Below are positions 1 to 12,242 of a stretch of DNA of 64,000 nucleotides, one piece after another. Source of the DNA: Ptychomitrium polyphyllum (taxonomy: Eukaryota); the NCBI GenBank assembly GCA_973851085.1, contig OZ316775.1, positions 7,812,001 to 7,876,000 of the forward strand, in the 5' to 3' direction. Each line of letters begins with the position of its first letter. Within the stretch, counting starts at the first letter, position 1. The notes under the pieces are model-generated. The model saw only the letters and a list, made by a program, of their open reading frames with translations. It was not told the origin of the DNA and ran no database searches. The translations under genes and the position numbers were made by a program.

Positions 1-206
1 TACTAACTAAATTTCAGTTCAGTATTAGGATGTCCCATTTATACTTCTGTATCAGCGATTGAGAAAATATAGATGTGCTACAAAAATGTCTCTATCTTAT
101 AAGCCAGTTTTCTTCAGGATTGAGACACTGCCTCGTTGTTTAAAGCGTCAGATGTGCTGCTGCAATTATATTGGAATCGTAGTCATCAGGCATTTTTTGG
201 TCGCAG

Positions 207-3200
207 GTATACTCTATTCTGGGCATGTGTCCTTACATCAAAATTCGCCTTCAGCTATTGGCTTCAGGTGCTTTTTGGCTTGAAACTAGGATGGGGCTCG
301 TACGTTTAAATACAGAATATATTTTGCTATCCAATTTATCCTGTTTTCAGTGGACATCTCATTCTGTCTGTGGGTGTACCAAAAATTCATATGAACACTT
401 CGAAAAACTGTTGGTTTCTTAATTAGATACAATACTTAGTAAACTTTTGTTTAGGTCATGACGTTCCGATGATATGAACAGATTAGACCTTTAATTGCAC
501 CAACAAAGCAAATTAATGAGGCCACCAACGTCAAATACGAGTGGCATGAATTTTTCCCAGAAGGTATGCCTACTTTGATTTTGTTACAGTTCGATGTTGG
601 TTTTTGATTCCTGACCTCTTGAGCTCCTACAAAACATTGAAAAATGCAATCGCTTACCTTGACCAATTGTTAAGTACAAATCAACATTAATTTGTGCTCC
701 TACTCACTGTTTGAATTCGATCTGGTTTATGTTGTACTGAGCTTGTGCATCTTAAATATATGTCTCATTTGTTTCGCAGGTAATCGGGCTGCGGTAGTTG
801 CATTGTGGGCTCCCGTAGTCATGGTGAGTTGATGCATCTATCGTGAACCGCTTTCAATCAAACTCTGTTCCCCATTCCAATGTAGTGGCTGCTTTCATAG
901 TGCAGCAGGAGAGAATTGTTGCACAGTCTGTAAACTCTCGTAAATAATTTTATACTTATTAGCAAAGCGATGCCGCAAGCACATATGGGGCATTTATTGA
1001 TCGTCAAGTTCTACTTTTTGAATGCTTTTTCGAAGTCACACATCACCATATACGGAGTATATAGCTAGGATGTTAAATTAATGAATTTAATCACCTCATT
1101 CTAACACCAAGTGTCTACTGTGAGTAGATCTACTTCATGGATACTCAAATCTGGTACTCGATATGGTCCTCTGTTATTGGAGCTTTTGTTGGTCTTCTTC
1201 AACATCTTGGAGAGGTTTGCCTTTCTATAACTTGTTGGATGTAGGAACTTTGAGCACTTTTTTCATAATTATGTGCTTTTTCTTACTATCCGCTAGCTTA
1301 TGAATTTTTAATCTTGTCTTTTAATGGGTACTCAGATCTTCTTATTACCCTAGCCAGGAGATTTATTGTCTGAATGGCATCAAACATGTATGTGTATGTT
1401 TGTTATGCAATCTATAACATATTCTCTGTTAGCATTGTCTATCAGCCCTACAACCGAATTAACAAACTAACACTAGCACAGTATCTGACACCAGGGGTTT
1501 GTGTACCACTGATCAGATTCGGAATGTGGAGCAGCTCAGACTAAGATTTCAAATCTTTCCAAGTGCATTTCAGTTTTGTTTAATGCCAATGGACGACTCT
1601 GTACACAGGAGGTACGATCGCTATCCTATTTAGTATTTCATTCTGTAATGGATTTCAATTTCCAGTATTTTGTCTGGTAGGACATGATCCTACATAATAG
1701 TGTTGCTCAATGTGCATTTAGCAAACACCGCTTTCACTAACCTTCTAATGGTCAGGGTCACTGAAAGCACCTAATAGAGTACGTGCTTGTTAGGTGGTAC
1801 ATAACAACTGCAAATTTTAATGAGCTTATCACAATATCATTAGTTAAATCTTGGTTTTCTTTCAGCTTGGTATGGTGAAATTAAAAGTTTCCAAGACTAG
1901 TCACATAACCACATATTGTTACAAAATTCTTTCATGCTTCAGCTTTCTTAATGCCTTACGCGAATTGCATGCAATTGATATCTAAGATTTGATCACCTTG
2001 GAGACATATACAATCTTGAACTGAATTCGCCTCCATCCAGTATAACCTGTCATAATGTTGGTCATCCATGTGCGGTACAATAGTGTGTGGGCAGGTGCGA
2101 AGGATCTGTTTAAGCGACTTAGTTTGAGATATGGGTGGTCATCTGTTTATGAGAAGGTAATTAGAAATTCTGAATTAAATTATACTTATGATAATTGTTT
2201 GGAAGAAACTCCCAAGTTCTAAACTACGAATTATTGGAGATGCTGTTACAGTTTTCATAGTCAACGAGTACTGATTGTCTGTGCACACTAGAATTCCGGT
2301 TAATAACTATGGTTCATGAAAAGATTCCATGATTGAACTTTAGTAAATTTGAGATCATTACATGTTCGTACTAAACATTTGTGGCTGTTTGGTTCTACTG
2401 ACAGGTAGAGTGGGGTCAAATTGAAGGCGGGCGTTTTGCACATGTTTGGAACATGATCATTCAAACCTTCCGTGAAGAAGACCTTATAAGCGACAGGTTT
2501 TCTAGCAGAGGCCTTTCATTTATTGATAACCCGCCTTACTGTCTAAATGTTCATTACTTACATCTCTTATAATCGATTATGCAGACGTCAGGTTGTCAGC
2601 TCGCAAAATGAGTCCGACGATTTTTTGATTTGATTGTTTGATTTTTTGGTTTATTGGTAATTTTTGGTTTAGATATAAGTTTTTCTGATATCCACTTAAA
2701 GAATGTGATTTATGTGGTTCGTTTGAATGCGCCAGAGAGGTGGAGCTCATGGAGATTCCTAGAGGAGCATGGAGGCTCAGCGTCTTTCAGTGGCCTTCGA
2801 CCTTGTTGGCTAATCAAGTGCTCACCTTCTCTCTCATAATTCGTTTGTTCCTGGCGTATAAAAAGCCTGGATAGCAGTAGTGGCTTTATTATATTGTTCT
2901 TGTTCCTCTCTGCAAGTTATTTCGACATTAATACAAATTTCAAAATGCAAAATGGTTGGATGTTGATGGTTCATCATCCTCACAGTGCTGTTGTTCTTGC
3001 AGATTCTCCTCGCTCTACACAGTGTTCGGTACCATCGAGGGGATGATAGGTCTGTCTGGAACATAACATGTAAGAGCGAGTATAGGAGGTGTGCAGTTAT
3101 CGAGTCTTATGAGAGCGTGAAGCATGTAATCAGGAAAATACTGAGAGATGATTCTGAAGAGTTCCAAATTTTCTTAGCCATTTTCGAAGAGATAGATAAA

Positions 3201-6200
3201 GCTATTATTCAAGGACGTTTTACGTCAACATTCATGCTCCCAGAGTTGCTGAATATTCATTCTCGGGTTCTGGAGTTGATTTGCCTTCTTTTAACGCGGC
3301 CTACTCAAAAGCAACTCCAGAAGGTTAGATGTTCTGCAAATCTATACACAAATGCTTCGGCAGTGCTTGATGATCATCTATCTTGATTTTTTGCTTAGCT
3401 TTAAGTTTATAGATGTTGCAAACCTGTCTTATGGTACATTTTTTTCGTAGATATGATTTCTTCGGCTGAAACTTTACTGGGGTGGATGTCTATGGTCAAG
3501 ATCCGGGGTTTGGATATAGGAAAACTTATGATCTGGAATTGCAAGTAGATTGTCTTGTGAGAGGTTAGTTTGAATGATTAAGTGACCCGAGTTTCTCAAA
3601 CCAATTTAGGGGGCATGTCTTATCAAAGTCTTTGTATCTTGATAGTCTTTGTATCTTGATATTTTTCTGAGGAGGTACTAAATCAAGCCACTGGTATTGA
3701 GCCTTTCAGGTGGTGGATTCCCTACAGAACTTGTATGAAGGCCTACTTCATGACTTCCCAAGAGATCTTGCTGTTTTAGAAAGTATCAAGGCACGAACTT
3801 CCTACCATAAGGATAATGTTGAGTTTGAACTGTTCATGGACGCTGTTGAACTCCCAGCAGCCGATGATGAGTCTTTCTTCAAGAACTTAAAGAGGCTGCA
3901 TACAACTCTAAGCACCAAGGAGCCGTTGTTGTATGTTCCTAAGGGAATTGAAGCCAAACGGCGAATTTCTTTTTTTAGTAACTCTCTATTTATGACCATA
4001 CCACGTGCACCACAGGTTTTCATCTGAACTCAAATTCGTCAGTAAAAGTCTGCTTCTCTCTTGGATTTAACAATTGTAAGGGATAGCTGGATGGGAGTTT
4101 GATTATTGTTTCCTAGCTTAGAGCAATTTCCAAAAATATACTGGTCTTAATCATAAAAAATTTCACCTTAATTTTATGCATATCCTGTGGAAAATTATGA
4201 GCTTGAATTAAACCATTATTTGGAACTTACATAATGGAACACAGTTAATCACTGTCTATATCGATTTTGTGCATGCTTTCTGATTATCAGGTGGAAAGGA
4301 TGTTGGCGTTTAGTGTGTTGACTCCTTACTACAACGAGGAAGTCATTTTTAGTAAGCATCAGTTGAAGGAGGAAAACGAAGATGGAGTGACCATTCTGTT
4401 TTACCTTCAACGGATATTCCCAGGTACAAGACTGAAAACTCCTTTGCGAGAAGTACATGCCCTTCTTCGTGTTTGGAAATTCTTAGCTAAATTATCTGAT
4501 TCATGATATAGACTTGAAGAGTTTGCGTGTCGACTATCTGATTACAAAGTGCACATGAAATTTTCAAATCCAACCACCTTAATAGTATCGATGGTAACTA
4601 TGTTTCTCATATCCAACGTGATGGTGAATGTTCAATAAATCTTCTAGAGCTGACAAGGCAGTTAAAGATTGTCCTTATGCATGCAACTGTTGAATTTCAG
4701 ACGACTGGTTGAACTTCCTGGAGCGGATGAGGAGACACGATATTTCTGAGGCTCAATTATGGGAGAGGGATGACGCTTACGAACTTCGACTCTGGGCTTC
4801 TTACAGAGGGCAAACACTTGCACGAACTGTACGAGGAATGATGTACAATGAAAGGTGTGTTACAATGAAGCTGTTATAATATGAATTAAGGTAGCTGGAG
4901 ACCGAATAGCTAAAATGGACCGTTATGTCTCTTGTCCACTCTTGATCTCATTTGTATTTCTACACTTATTCTTTTTGCTCTTCTCTACATTGTGTCTTCT
5001 GTATCCCCTTCTCACATCCCTCTGCATCTTGTATATTCCTTTGGAAAAACCGTCTTAAATTCTCACACTGAAGTCATGGACGGTCATGCGCTTACAATGG
5101 GGACTTTTTGTTGGCAGGGCATTAGAATTGCAGGCCTTTTTAGACTCAGCAACTGAAGTGGAATTGCTTGGTATTATGGAGCTCTTGGAACGAGGATCTA
5201 GTAGAAACAGCAGAGGTTCTATGGGCTCTATGGGCTCGATTGGTTCTGAGCATGAAGTTGCGGAGTTCAACCGAGCTCACAAGAAAGAGCAGGATCTTGC
5301 AAATGCTGCTATGAAGTTCACCTATGTGGTGACATGCCAGATTTATGGAGCGCAGAAGTCTCGAAAGGATGTTCAAGCAGCAGACATACTTCAACTAATG
5401 AAGACATATTCGGGACTACGTATTGCCTATGTAGATGAAATAACTGTGGGAAAAAATGACAAGGACGGTAAAGAATACTACTCAGTTCTTGTCAAATTCG
5501 ATCCAACCTTGCAGAAAGAGGTAGAGATTTACCGAATTCAATTACCTGGTCCTTTGAAGCTGGGAGAAGGAAAACCGGAAAACCAGAATCATGCTCTCAT
5601 ATTCACAAGAGGTGATGCAGTTCAGACAATAGACATGAATCAGGTATATTAAACTCAGTATAGTAGTATTCCAAAAATGTGTTGCTGTGTGTTGCTACAT
5701 ATTTGACTTAAAAGAATTTTTAAGTCACCATTGGTATTAATGTGTATATTTTCCTTCCGCTTATTGTTAGTTCGAGCTGCCGTGAATTAAATCAGTTCAA
5801 TTAACAGGTTGACCACCGTACTTAAATATATAATGGATTGGCTTGGCAGGAAATGTACTTTGAGGAGGCAATAAAGATGAGAAACTTGCTTCAGGAATTC
5901 ACAGTGCGCCATGGAACTCGAAAACCCACAATTTTGGGTGTCAGAGAACATGTTTTCACTGGTTCAGTTTCATCTCTGGCCTGGTTCATGTCCGCTCAAG
6001 AGACTGTGTTTGTCACCCTCAGCCAGCGTGTACTAGCTAATCCTCTGAAGATTCGTATGCATTATGGACATCCAGATGTATTTGATCGATTGTGGTTTCT
6101 AACTCGGGGGGGTATTAGCAAAGCATCCCGGACGATTAATATCAGTGAAGATATTTTTGCTGGATTTAATTGTACATTAAGAGGTGGTAATGTGACTCAC

Positions 6201-8485
6201 CATGAGTACATCCAGGTAAACTCCTCTGAATTTTACATGAGTTGATTGTTGAAGCTTGATCCCAAGTAGCACAAGTTTCCATATTCATGTGATTCGTTCA
6301 CTTGTACCTGCGACGCAGAGTTTCCGTTTTAGTTTATGTGCTATTTATTTGCTACAACAATCATCTATTTACTAACTGCAAGTTATTAATCAAAGCGGTA
6401 TATTTCACTTTAATGAATGTGATCATACTTCAAACGAGAGCAGTAAAGTATTAGTGATTTTGACGAGGATAATCAGTAGTTACCGGTCACGTAATAACAT
6501 CAGTAGCCACGGTGAAGAAATTTCAAGTCATCACTTCCGCAACTGGAAATCGCATTTTCTGGCTCAATCAAAATAACGCTTCTGAGATACTAACGTTCGG
6601 TTGAATCATGCAGGCTGGGAAGGGAAGGGATGTCGGGCTAAACCAAATTGCAATGTTTGAAGCAAAAGTAGCCAGCGGGAATGGTGAACAGATTCTGAGC
6701 CGTGATGTATATCGTCTAGGTCACCACTTGGATTTCTTTCGTATGCTCTCCTTTTATTATACAACGGTTGGATTTTTTGTGAGCAACATGATGGTTGTCC
6801 TCACCGTGTACACCTTTCTCTGGGGCCGCGTCTACTTGGCCTTGAGCGGCATTGAAGCGTCGCTAACAGGTGGATCGGCAGCTCTTACAAATGTTGCGCT
6901 TACAGCAACTTTAAATCAGCAGCTTGTTGTACAGTTGGGATTGCTTACTGCTCTACCCATGCTTGTGGAGGATGCGTTGGAGCACGGGTTCACTACAGCT
7001 TTGTGGGATATGATTACCATGCAGCTACAGCTTGCTTCTATATTTTTTACCTTCTCAATGGGCACTCGTTGTCACTATTTTGGTCGTACACTCCTACATG
7101 GTGGTGCTAAGGTATGCTTGTCCTTTTATGTATGCACCAACGTGTGTTTGCTTGTGTATCTAAAGAAATCTCTTTCAGTTCTATCTCTACTTTTTGGATT
7201 AAGATTAATGTTATGGATAGATATACTAATGTTATCTCGTTTTCTTTCCAAGTGTTTGCTTTCTCTAGTAGTGTACTCTATACTCGGCATGCTGGGGATA
7301 TCCTGATTTAAGTCTCCTATGTTCCTAGTTGCAACAGCATTTATGTACCTCAAGAAGCATGTTTAAATTGCTCTGAAGTTTCTTGGTTTTGTCTTATCTT
7401 CAACTGCATAAACATCGTAGCAAGAAGATCTTGAAAAGAAGGGAGTGTAGAAGCTAGTGCTTCTGTGAGTCAGTTTTATCAGGAGCTCTCAGAGATGGAT
7501 AACTGTGTAATTATTTCTATGTTGATTCTTGCAGTATAGAGCAACTGGGCGTGGCTTTGTAGTTAAGCATGAAAAGTTTGCAGAAAACTATCGGCTATAT
7601 TCGAGAAGCCATTTCGTCAAAGGGATCGAGCTTCTATTACTACTTCTCTGCTACTTGGCTTATGGTGTAATGAGCTCATCTGCCGCATACATTCTGGTGA
7701 ACATCTCCAGCTGGTTTTTAGCCTTGACATGGATCATGGCGCCTTTCATTTTCAATCCTTCTGGCTTTGATTGGCTGAAGACTGTTGAAGACTATGGGGA
7801 CTTCATGCAATGGTTATGGTTTAAAGGTGATGTATTCGTCAAAGTTGAGCAAAGTTGGGAGATATGGTGGGAGGAGGAGCAAGCTCATCTAAGAACTACA
7901 GGACTCTGGGGGAAGCTCCTAGAGATTATACTGGATTTGCGTTTCTTCGTTTTCCAATACGGAATTGTGTATCATCTTGGTATTACTGGGGGAAACACAA
8001 GCATCTTCGTCTACCTGGCATCTTGGAGCTATATGGCTTTTGCAGCTATTCTACACTTAGTTCTTTCCAATGCCAATGACCGGTTTGCTGCCAGCAAGCA
8101 TGGTCTTTACCGTGCTATTCAAGCTCTCACGATTGCCATCATCGCTGCGATAGTTGTTGTACTGTGGATAGAAACCGACTTCAAAGTTTTGGACATTATT
8201 GCCAGTTTTCTTGCATTCTTACCTACAGGTTGGGGAATCATTCAGATCTGCCAGGTTTTGAGGCGGCCATTTTTAGAGAATTCCCCAATATGGGGAACCA
8301 TTGTGGCAGTTGCCCGCTTATATGACCTTACCATGGGCTTGATTGTCATGGCCCCAGTTGCCATCCTATCGTGGTTGCCAGGATTCCAGGCTATGCAGAC
8401 AAGGATCCTTTACAATGAGGCCTTCAGCAGAGGCCTTCAAATCCAAAGGTTGTTAGCAGGCAAGAAAAATCGGAATATTGATTAA
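207..8485 (+). CDS. CALS: Callose synthase (1,3-beta-glucan synthase, GT48), 5'-truncated by the window edge; resembles the CalS11/12 (GSL1/GSL5) clade
   Basis: GT-AG exons traced in phase: 207-267, 482-563, 780-823, 1128-1214, 1517-1611, 2084-2156, 2405-2496, 2736-2817, 3003-3323, 3710-4015, 4291-4423, 4701-4854, 5118-5643, 5850-6215, 6614-7111, 7535-8485 (TAA). Family motifs present: EAKRRISFFSNSLFM, FSVLTPYYNE, LWASYRGQTLARTVRGMM, GEGKPENQNHALIFTRGDAVQTIDMNQ, RMHYGHPD, INISEDIFAG, GKGRDVG, YRATGRGF, QTRILYNEAFSRGL. Family is secure; clade assignment is inference. Confidence 0.96.
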
Positions 8486-8879
8486 TGTCTAACAATTGCT
8501 TCTATGACACAGCCTACTTTTGCTGCAAGCATCTCACTCTGAAATCAATTAAGGAAAGTAGATTTTTACTTAGCAACGGTTGTAAATTTGACACTTCAGC
8601 TAAATTTTTAGCATAATGATGCAATAATTTAACTGTGAGCAGCTGGTAAGGAGACCTTCATCAGAACTGACATTTTGTCAAGTTAGTTACTCTAATATAC
8701 AACTCAGGTTTATTGACATGAGCACATTGTGATGTAATTGCATTGGGAAGAAATCCCAATAATTTTGTACTTATGAGATCATATCATTGAGTAGAGTTGT
8801 TGAGATTCATATACAAGATGTTTAAATAGAGTTCAATGCAATCTGCCTGTCTTTTGTTTTCTACATTTTGAAGTTCCTC

Positions 8880-10530
8880 ATCAGGGATGACATGTAGATT
8901 GGCAATTCTGGCACTTCGTGCAACCTGAGGTGTAGCCTCGCAGGTAGAGAGAACCCGTCTTGCAGCCGTAGTAACCTCGGCGTGTCTTGCAATCCTTGAG
9001 CTAAGTTATCACAAAGCCGTCTCTTCTCAGTAAGTATTCCAGGGGTACGGGCATAGTGCAGACAGACCCTTTCTTGTAGGAGACTATCACCTTGACTGGA
9101 ACCTCAAGCTTCGCGGAGTCGACGTCGACGCTGCTAATCGGCATGGGAGGGACGTAGACGCCGTTCCTGACACACTGCATACGTCTCACGTAGTTCTGGG
9201 CTGTTGCCCTCATGCTCTTGGAACATGTTCTGGCAAATTGTAGATATTTTGAATTGCATAATGTGTTATCTAAGTGTAAGGGAAGTTGAACCATATCATT
9301 CTTTGAGCACTTGAACTTGGCCATGAACTCACAAGCACATGACCAACATAGAAATTGGTCACATTTGTCCATTGATTTACTTAGGACTTCAACCCCTAAG
9401 TTGGAAACCAAAAACCAAAATAGTTAAAAAGATTGTTTCGAAAAACACTAAAAATTTTCTTATAAAAAGTCCATGTTAAACTTAAAACTCATACTTCTAT
9501 TAATTAGAACATCTTTCTACAAGAAGGACCTCAGAAAAACCTGCTCCTTTATCCTTCAAACTTGTACCGCTATACATGCGAAGTCGCTTAAAGCAGCAGT
9601 TATGGGAACTATACCTCACATTTCGCTTCCTGAAACACACAAAATGAGTAGATGAACTAGGAGTTACGTACTCTAACATGATCCCCAAATCATCTACTAC
9701 CCCCAACACTCTAGGAAGAAAAATGTGCACTCGTAGTAGATGATGCGGGTTTTGGGTTCAGTGACGGGCTGCGGATCTCCTCTCCTGTGCTGGTGGCCCT
9801 GTGAGTGGTGTTTCTGAGCCATCGCCGTCATGGCTCAGAAACATGTGTTCACCTGTCTAGATCGCCGTTTTTGGCTCTGAAAGCTCTCTTTGTCCGGGTG
9901 GATGCTGACGTTCATGGCAAAACTGTATACGATCCTTTACTGGTAGCACACACCATGGGTTTGTTTCTTTCAAGGATAGTATACAGTTGTGCTGCGAACC
10001 CCAGTAGCCCTACGAATCACAACTGTTCTGCTGCGGAAGGACGAGGGTTTCTGAGAGCAGGGGAAGTGCCTTGTGGTGTTGACCTGCCTTCTGTGGTACT
10101 GGAGTAGGTGCTGTGATTATGTCTTCTCTATTATGGTTTCGAATGTTTCGGATGTTGCATCGTACCAGATCTTGGAGACCTCTTAAGAACTTGGGTGTTC
10201 GGGACAGGCGCAATATAAGATTTTTAAATCGTTATGGATAAGGAAAATGGACTTGTGTTTCAGTTTTCTTAATCGTGAACTTTCAGAATGGGTAGGAAAC
10301 GAGAGATCGGATCGTGTGGATATGAACTAGAACTGACAATCTTCTCTGGATCGTACCACAAAGTTGTAGCAAGTTTAAAAACGTATATTGTGACCCTAGG
10401 CGTGTAACCTGTATCCATCTCAGCAATCAGTGTAAAACAGTTGTGCATCCTTTTCAGATCATTTTCAAAGTCCTCTGCCTTTACATCGAATGTATGGAGC
10501 GATCAGAACAGGACTCTCATGATACCTTAC
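8880..10530 (-). pseudogene. Decayed coding-like sequence of unknown origin
   Basis: Minus-strand frames read as protein-like but are broken by stops, e.g. ~9240-8885 FARTCSKSMRA...DGFVIT*LKDCKTRRGYYGCKTGSLYLRGYTSGCTKCQNCQSTCHP and ~10500-10270 SLHTFDVKAEDFENDLKRMHNCFTLIAEMDTGYTPRVTIYVFKLATTLWYDPEK. No family recognised. Confidence 0.3.
9809..9843. repeat. Perfect 14-bp inverted repeat with 7-nt loop
   Basis: TGTTTCTGAGCCAT (9809-9822) - CGCCGTC - ATGGCTCAGAAACA (9830-9843). Confidence 0.9.
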
Positions 10531-10632
10531 CTTGTTGACATTTAGCATTAGGAAGATTACTGCAAGATATTTAGAATTGGTGATACTAAACATCATTCTT
10601 AAGGTAGATCCAGTGGCTAAGGACGAGATTAA

Positions 10633-11963
10633 GGGCTGCTTTATATTGAGCCCTAGCCCAATTAGAGTCCAGCCCAATTCAGTATTCAATAGTAACTAGG
10701 ATAGCAATTAGCCATTTGTTTTTAAAATTGGCACTATTCAATGTAAAGCTCTTGGATTTGATGGAGGGCCTAACTAGAAAAAGATAGTAAAAGACATCTT
10801 TATTGGATTGATTAAAAACGAGATGAATTAGAAGTTGATTTTTAAATGTTTGAAGGAGAACAATTTCATAAAGCATCACAAACATGGTGTTGATAAGTGA
10901 TATGTATTTTGGAAACATTATTTTGAACTTCACCACTGAAAGATTAGCCATTCTAACATTTCGTATTATGACTATTTTGTACCACCATGTCAAAAATGAT
11001 GTTAATTTTTTGATGGAGCACAGAAGTGGGAAGTCAAGAAGGTGGTCTTTTTAAACTAGTGTTAAAAATTAAATAATACACATTTGAGTTGGCCTTTCAC
11101 CAATGTTAATTTTACACTAAGATATGACTATGCATTCAAAGCAAAATTCAATTGCTTGCTATCAAATGGTTTGCACCAACATCCAAGAATCAATTGGTTT
11201 GTTTTAGTGAGAAATGCTACTCACAAGATTTTTCATAAATTTAAGATGAGGATTTGAAGCACATTAGTTGATGTTTGCTAAGTTGCATTGTAGGATATTT
11301 GAGAGACATTGGAAGCAACTAGTTTAAGTCAAAACTAACAATAATCTTTTTCCATGAAGGTTGCAACATGAGTGAATCATAAATTGTACAATTCAATATT
11401 ACAAATCATCTATCTATTTTCATCATGCTTTAATTATAAGTTTTAGTTTCAAATTAATCCATTTACTCTACAATATACACATCTAACCCTATTTGTAACA
11501 TATCACATGCATCCCAAGCAAATCCAAAGCAAGTGCAACATGAGACTTTCTATTTCTACATAATTTCTTGTTCTACATAATGACAAGTTTAGGGCTTTAC
11601 TGTTGACACTCTTGTGAATGCACCAATGATCCTTCCAATACACATGTCTTTGTCAACTGTGCTCATCTCCAGGTATATTAGTTTGAATCTCTCTTGTTCT
11701 ACAACATATTGCAACATAGGAGAAATCAGGCCAACATCTTACAATCAAACCATGGAACCACCACAACCCCAGCTGGAAGCTAGGGCCGAATTTCTTGATG
11801 CCAAATTTGTATCACATGGGTTGTTACATGGAATAGATGCAAATTAGGCCCAAGCCCTAATGTAAAGCCCTTGGGCTTGACTCCAAGAATTTGAGCGATC
11901 CTGTTCATCCAATTTCAATAATCTCAAACCAGGCCCTCAATTGACCCCTAATGTAAAGGGCCT
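10633..11963 (+). mobile_element. Probable degenerate PIF/Harbinger-like DNA transposon remnant
   Basis: Imperfect terminal inverted repeats GGGCTGCTTTATATT (10633-) and AATGTAAAGGGCCT (-11963), flanked by TAA on both sides (10630-10632, 11964-11966). Internal frameshifted KFNCLLSNG/CTNIQESIGLF (~11143-11205) resembles the Harbinger transposase FN..LS..R..IE..FG.LK segment; GVDK*YVFWKHY (~10885-10920) resembles a trihelix/Myb helix. Heavily decayed. Confidence 0.4.
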
Positions 11964-12242
11964 TAAGCAAGATAAAACATGTCAGAGAATGCAAACTATA
12001 CAACTAATAATCAGACATACTCTGCCAAGAACAATGTACCGTACTACAGTTCAAACCCACATTGAAGAACACGTTTCATACAGTTGTATTTAGGCTTCCA
12101 ATTGTGGGAGCCTGTCTACAATTCAAGGCATTCCCTAGCCAAATTAATTCTCTAATCTTTCACACATTCTAAAGCCAAACTACCGCTGTGCTTCCAGATT
12201 TAAAATATGTCGTCCCACCTACTCTGACCTGAACAGGACCTG

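Noticed and set aside
3628..3661. 17-bp tandem duplication (GTCTTTGTATCTTGATA) in an intron; similar 15-bp direct repeat at 22861-22896
   Set aside because: Ordinary local slippage duplications with no sign of function.
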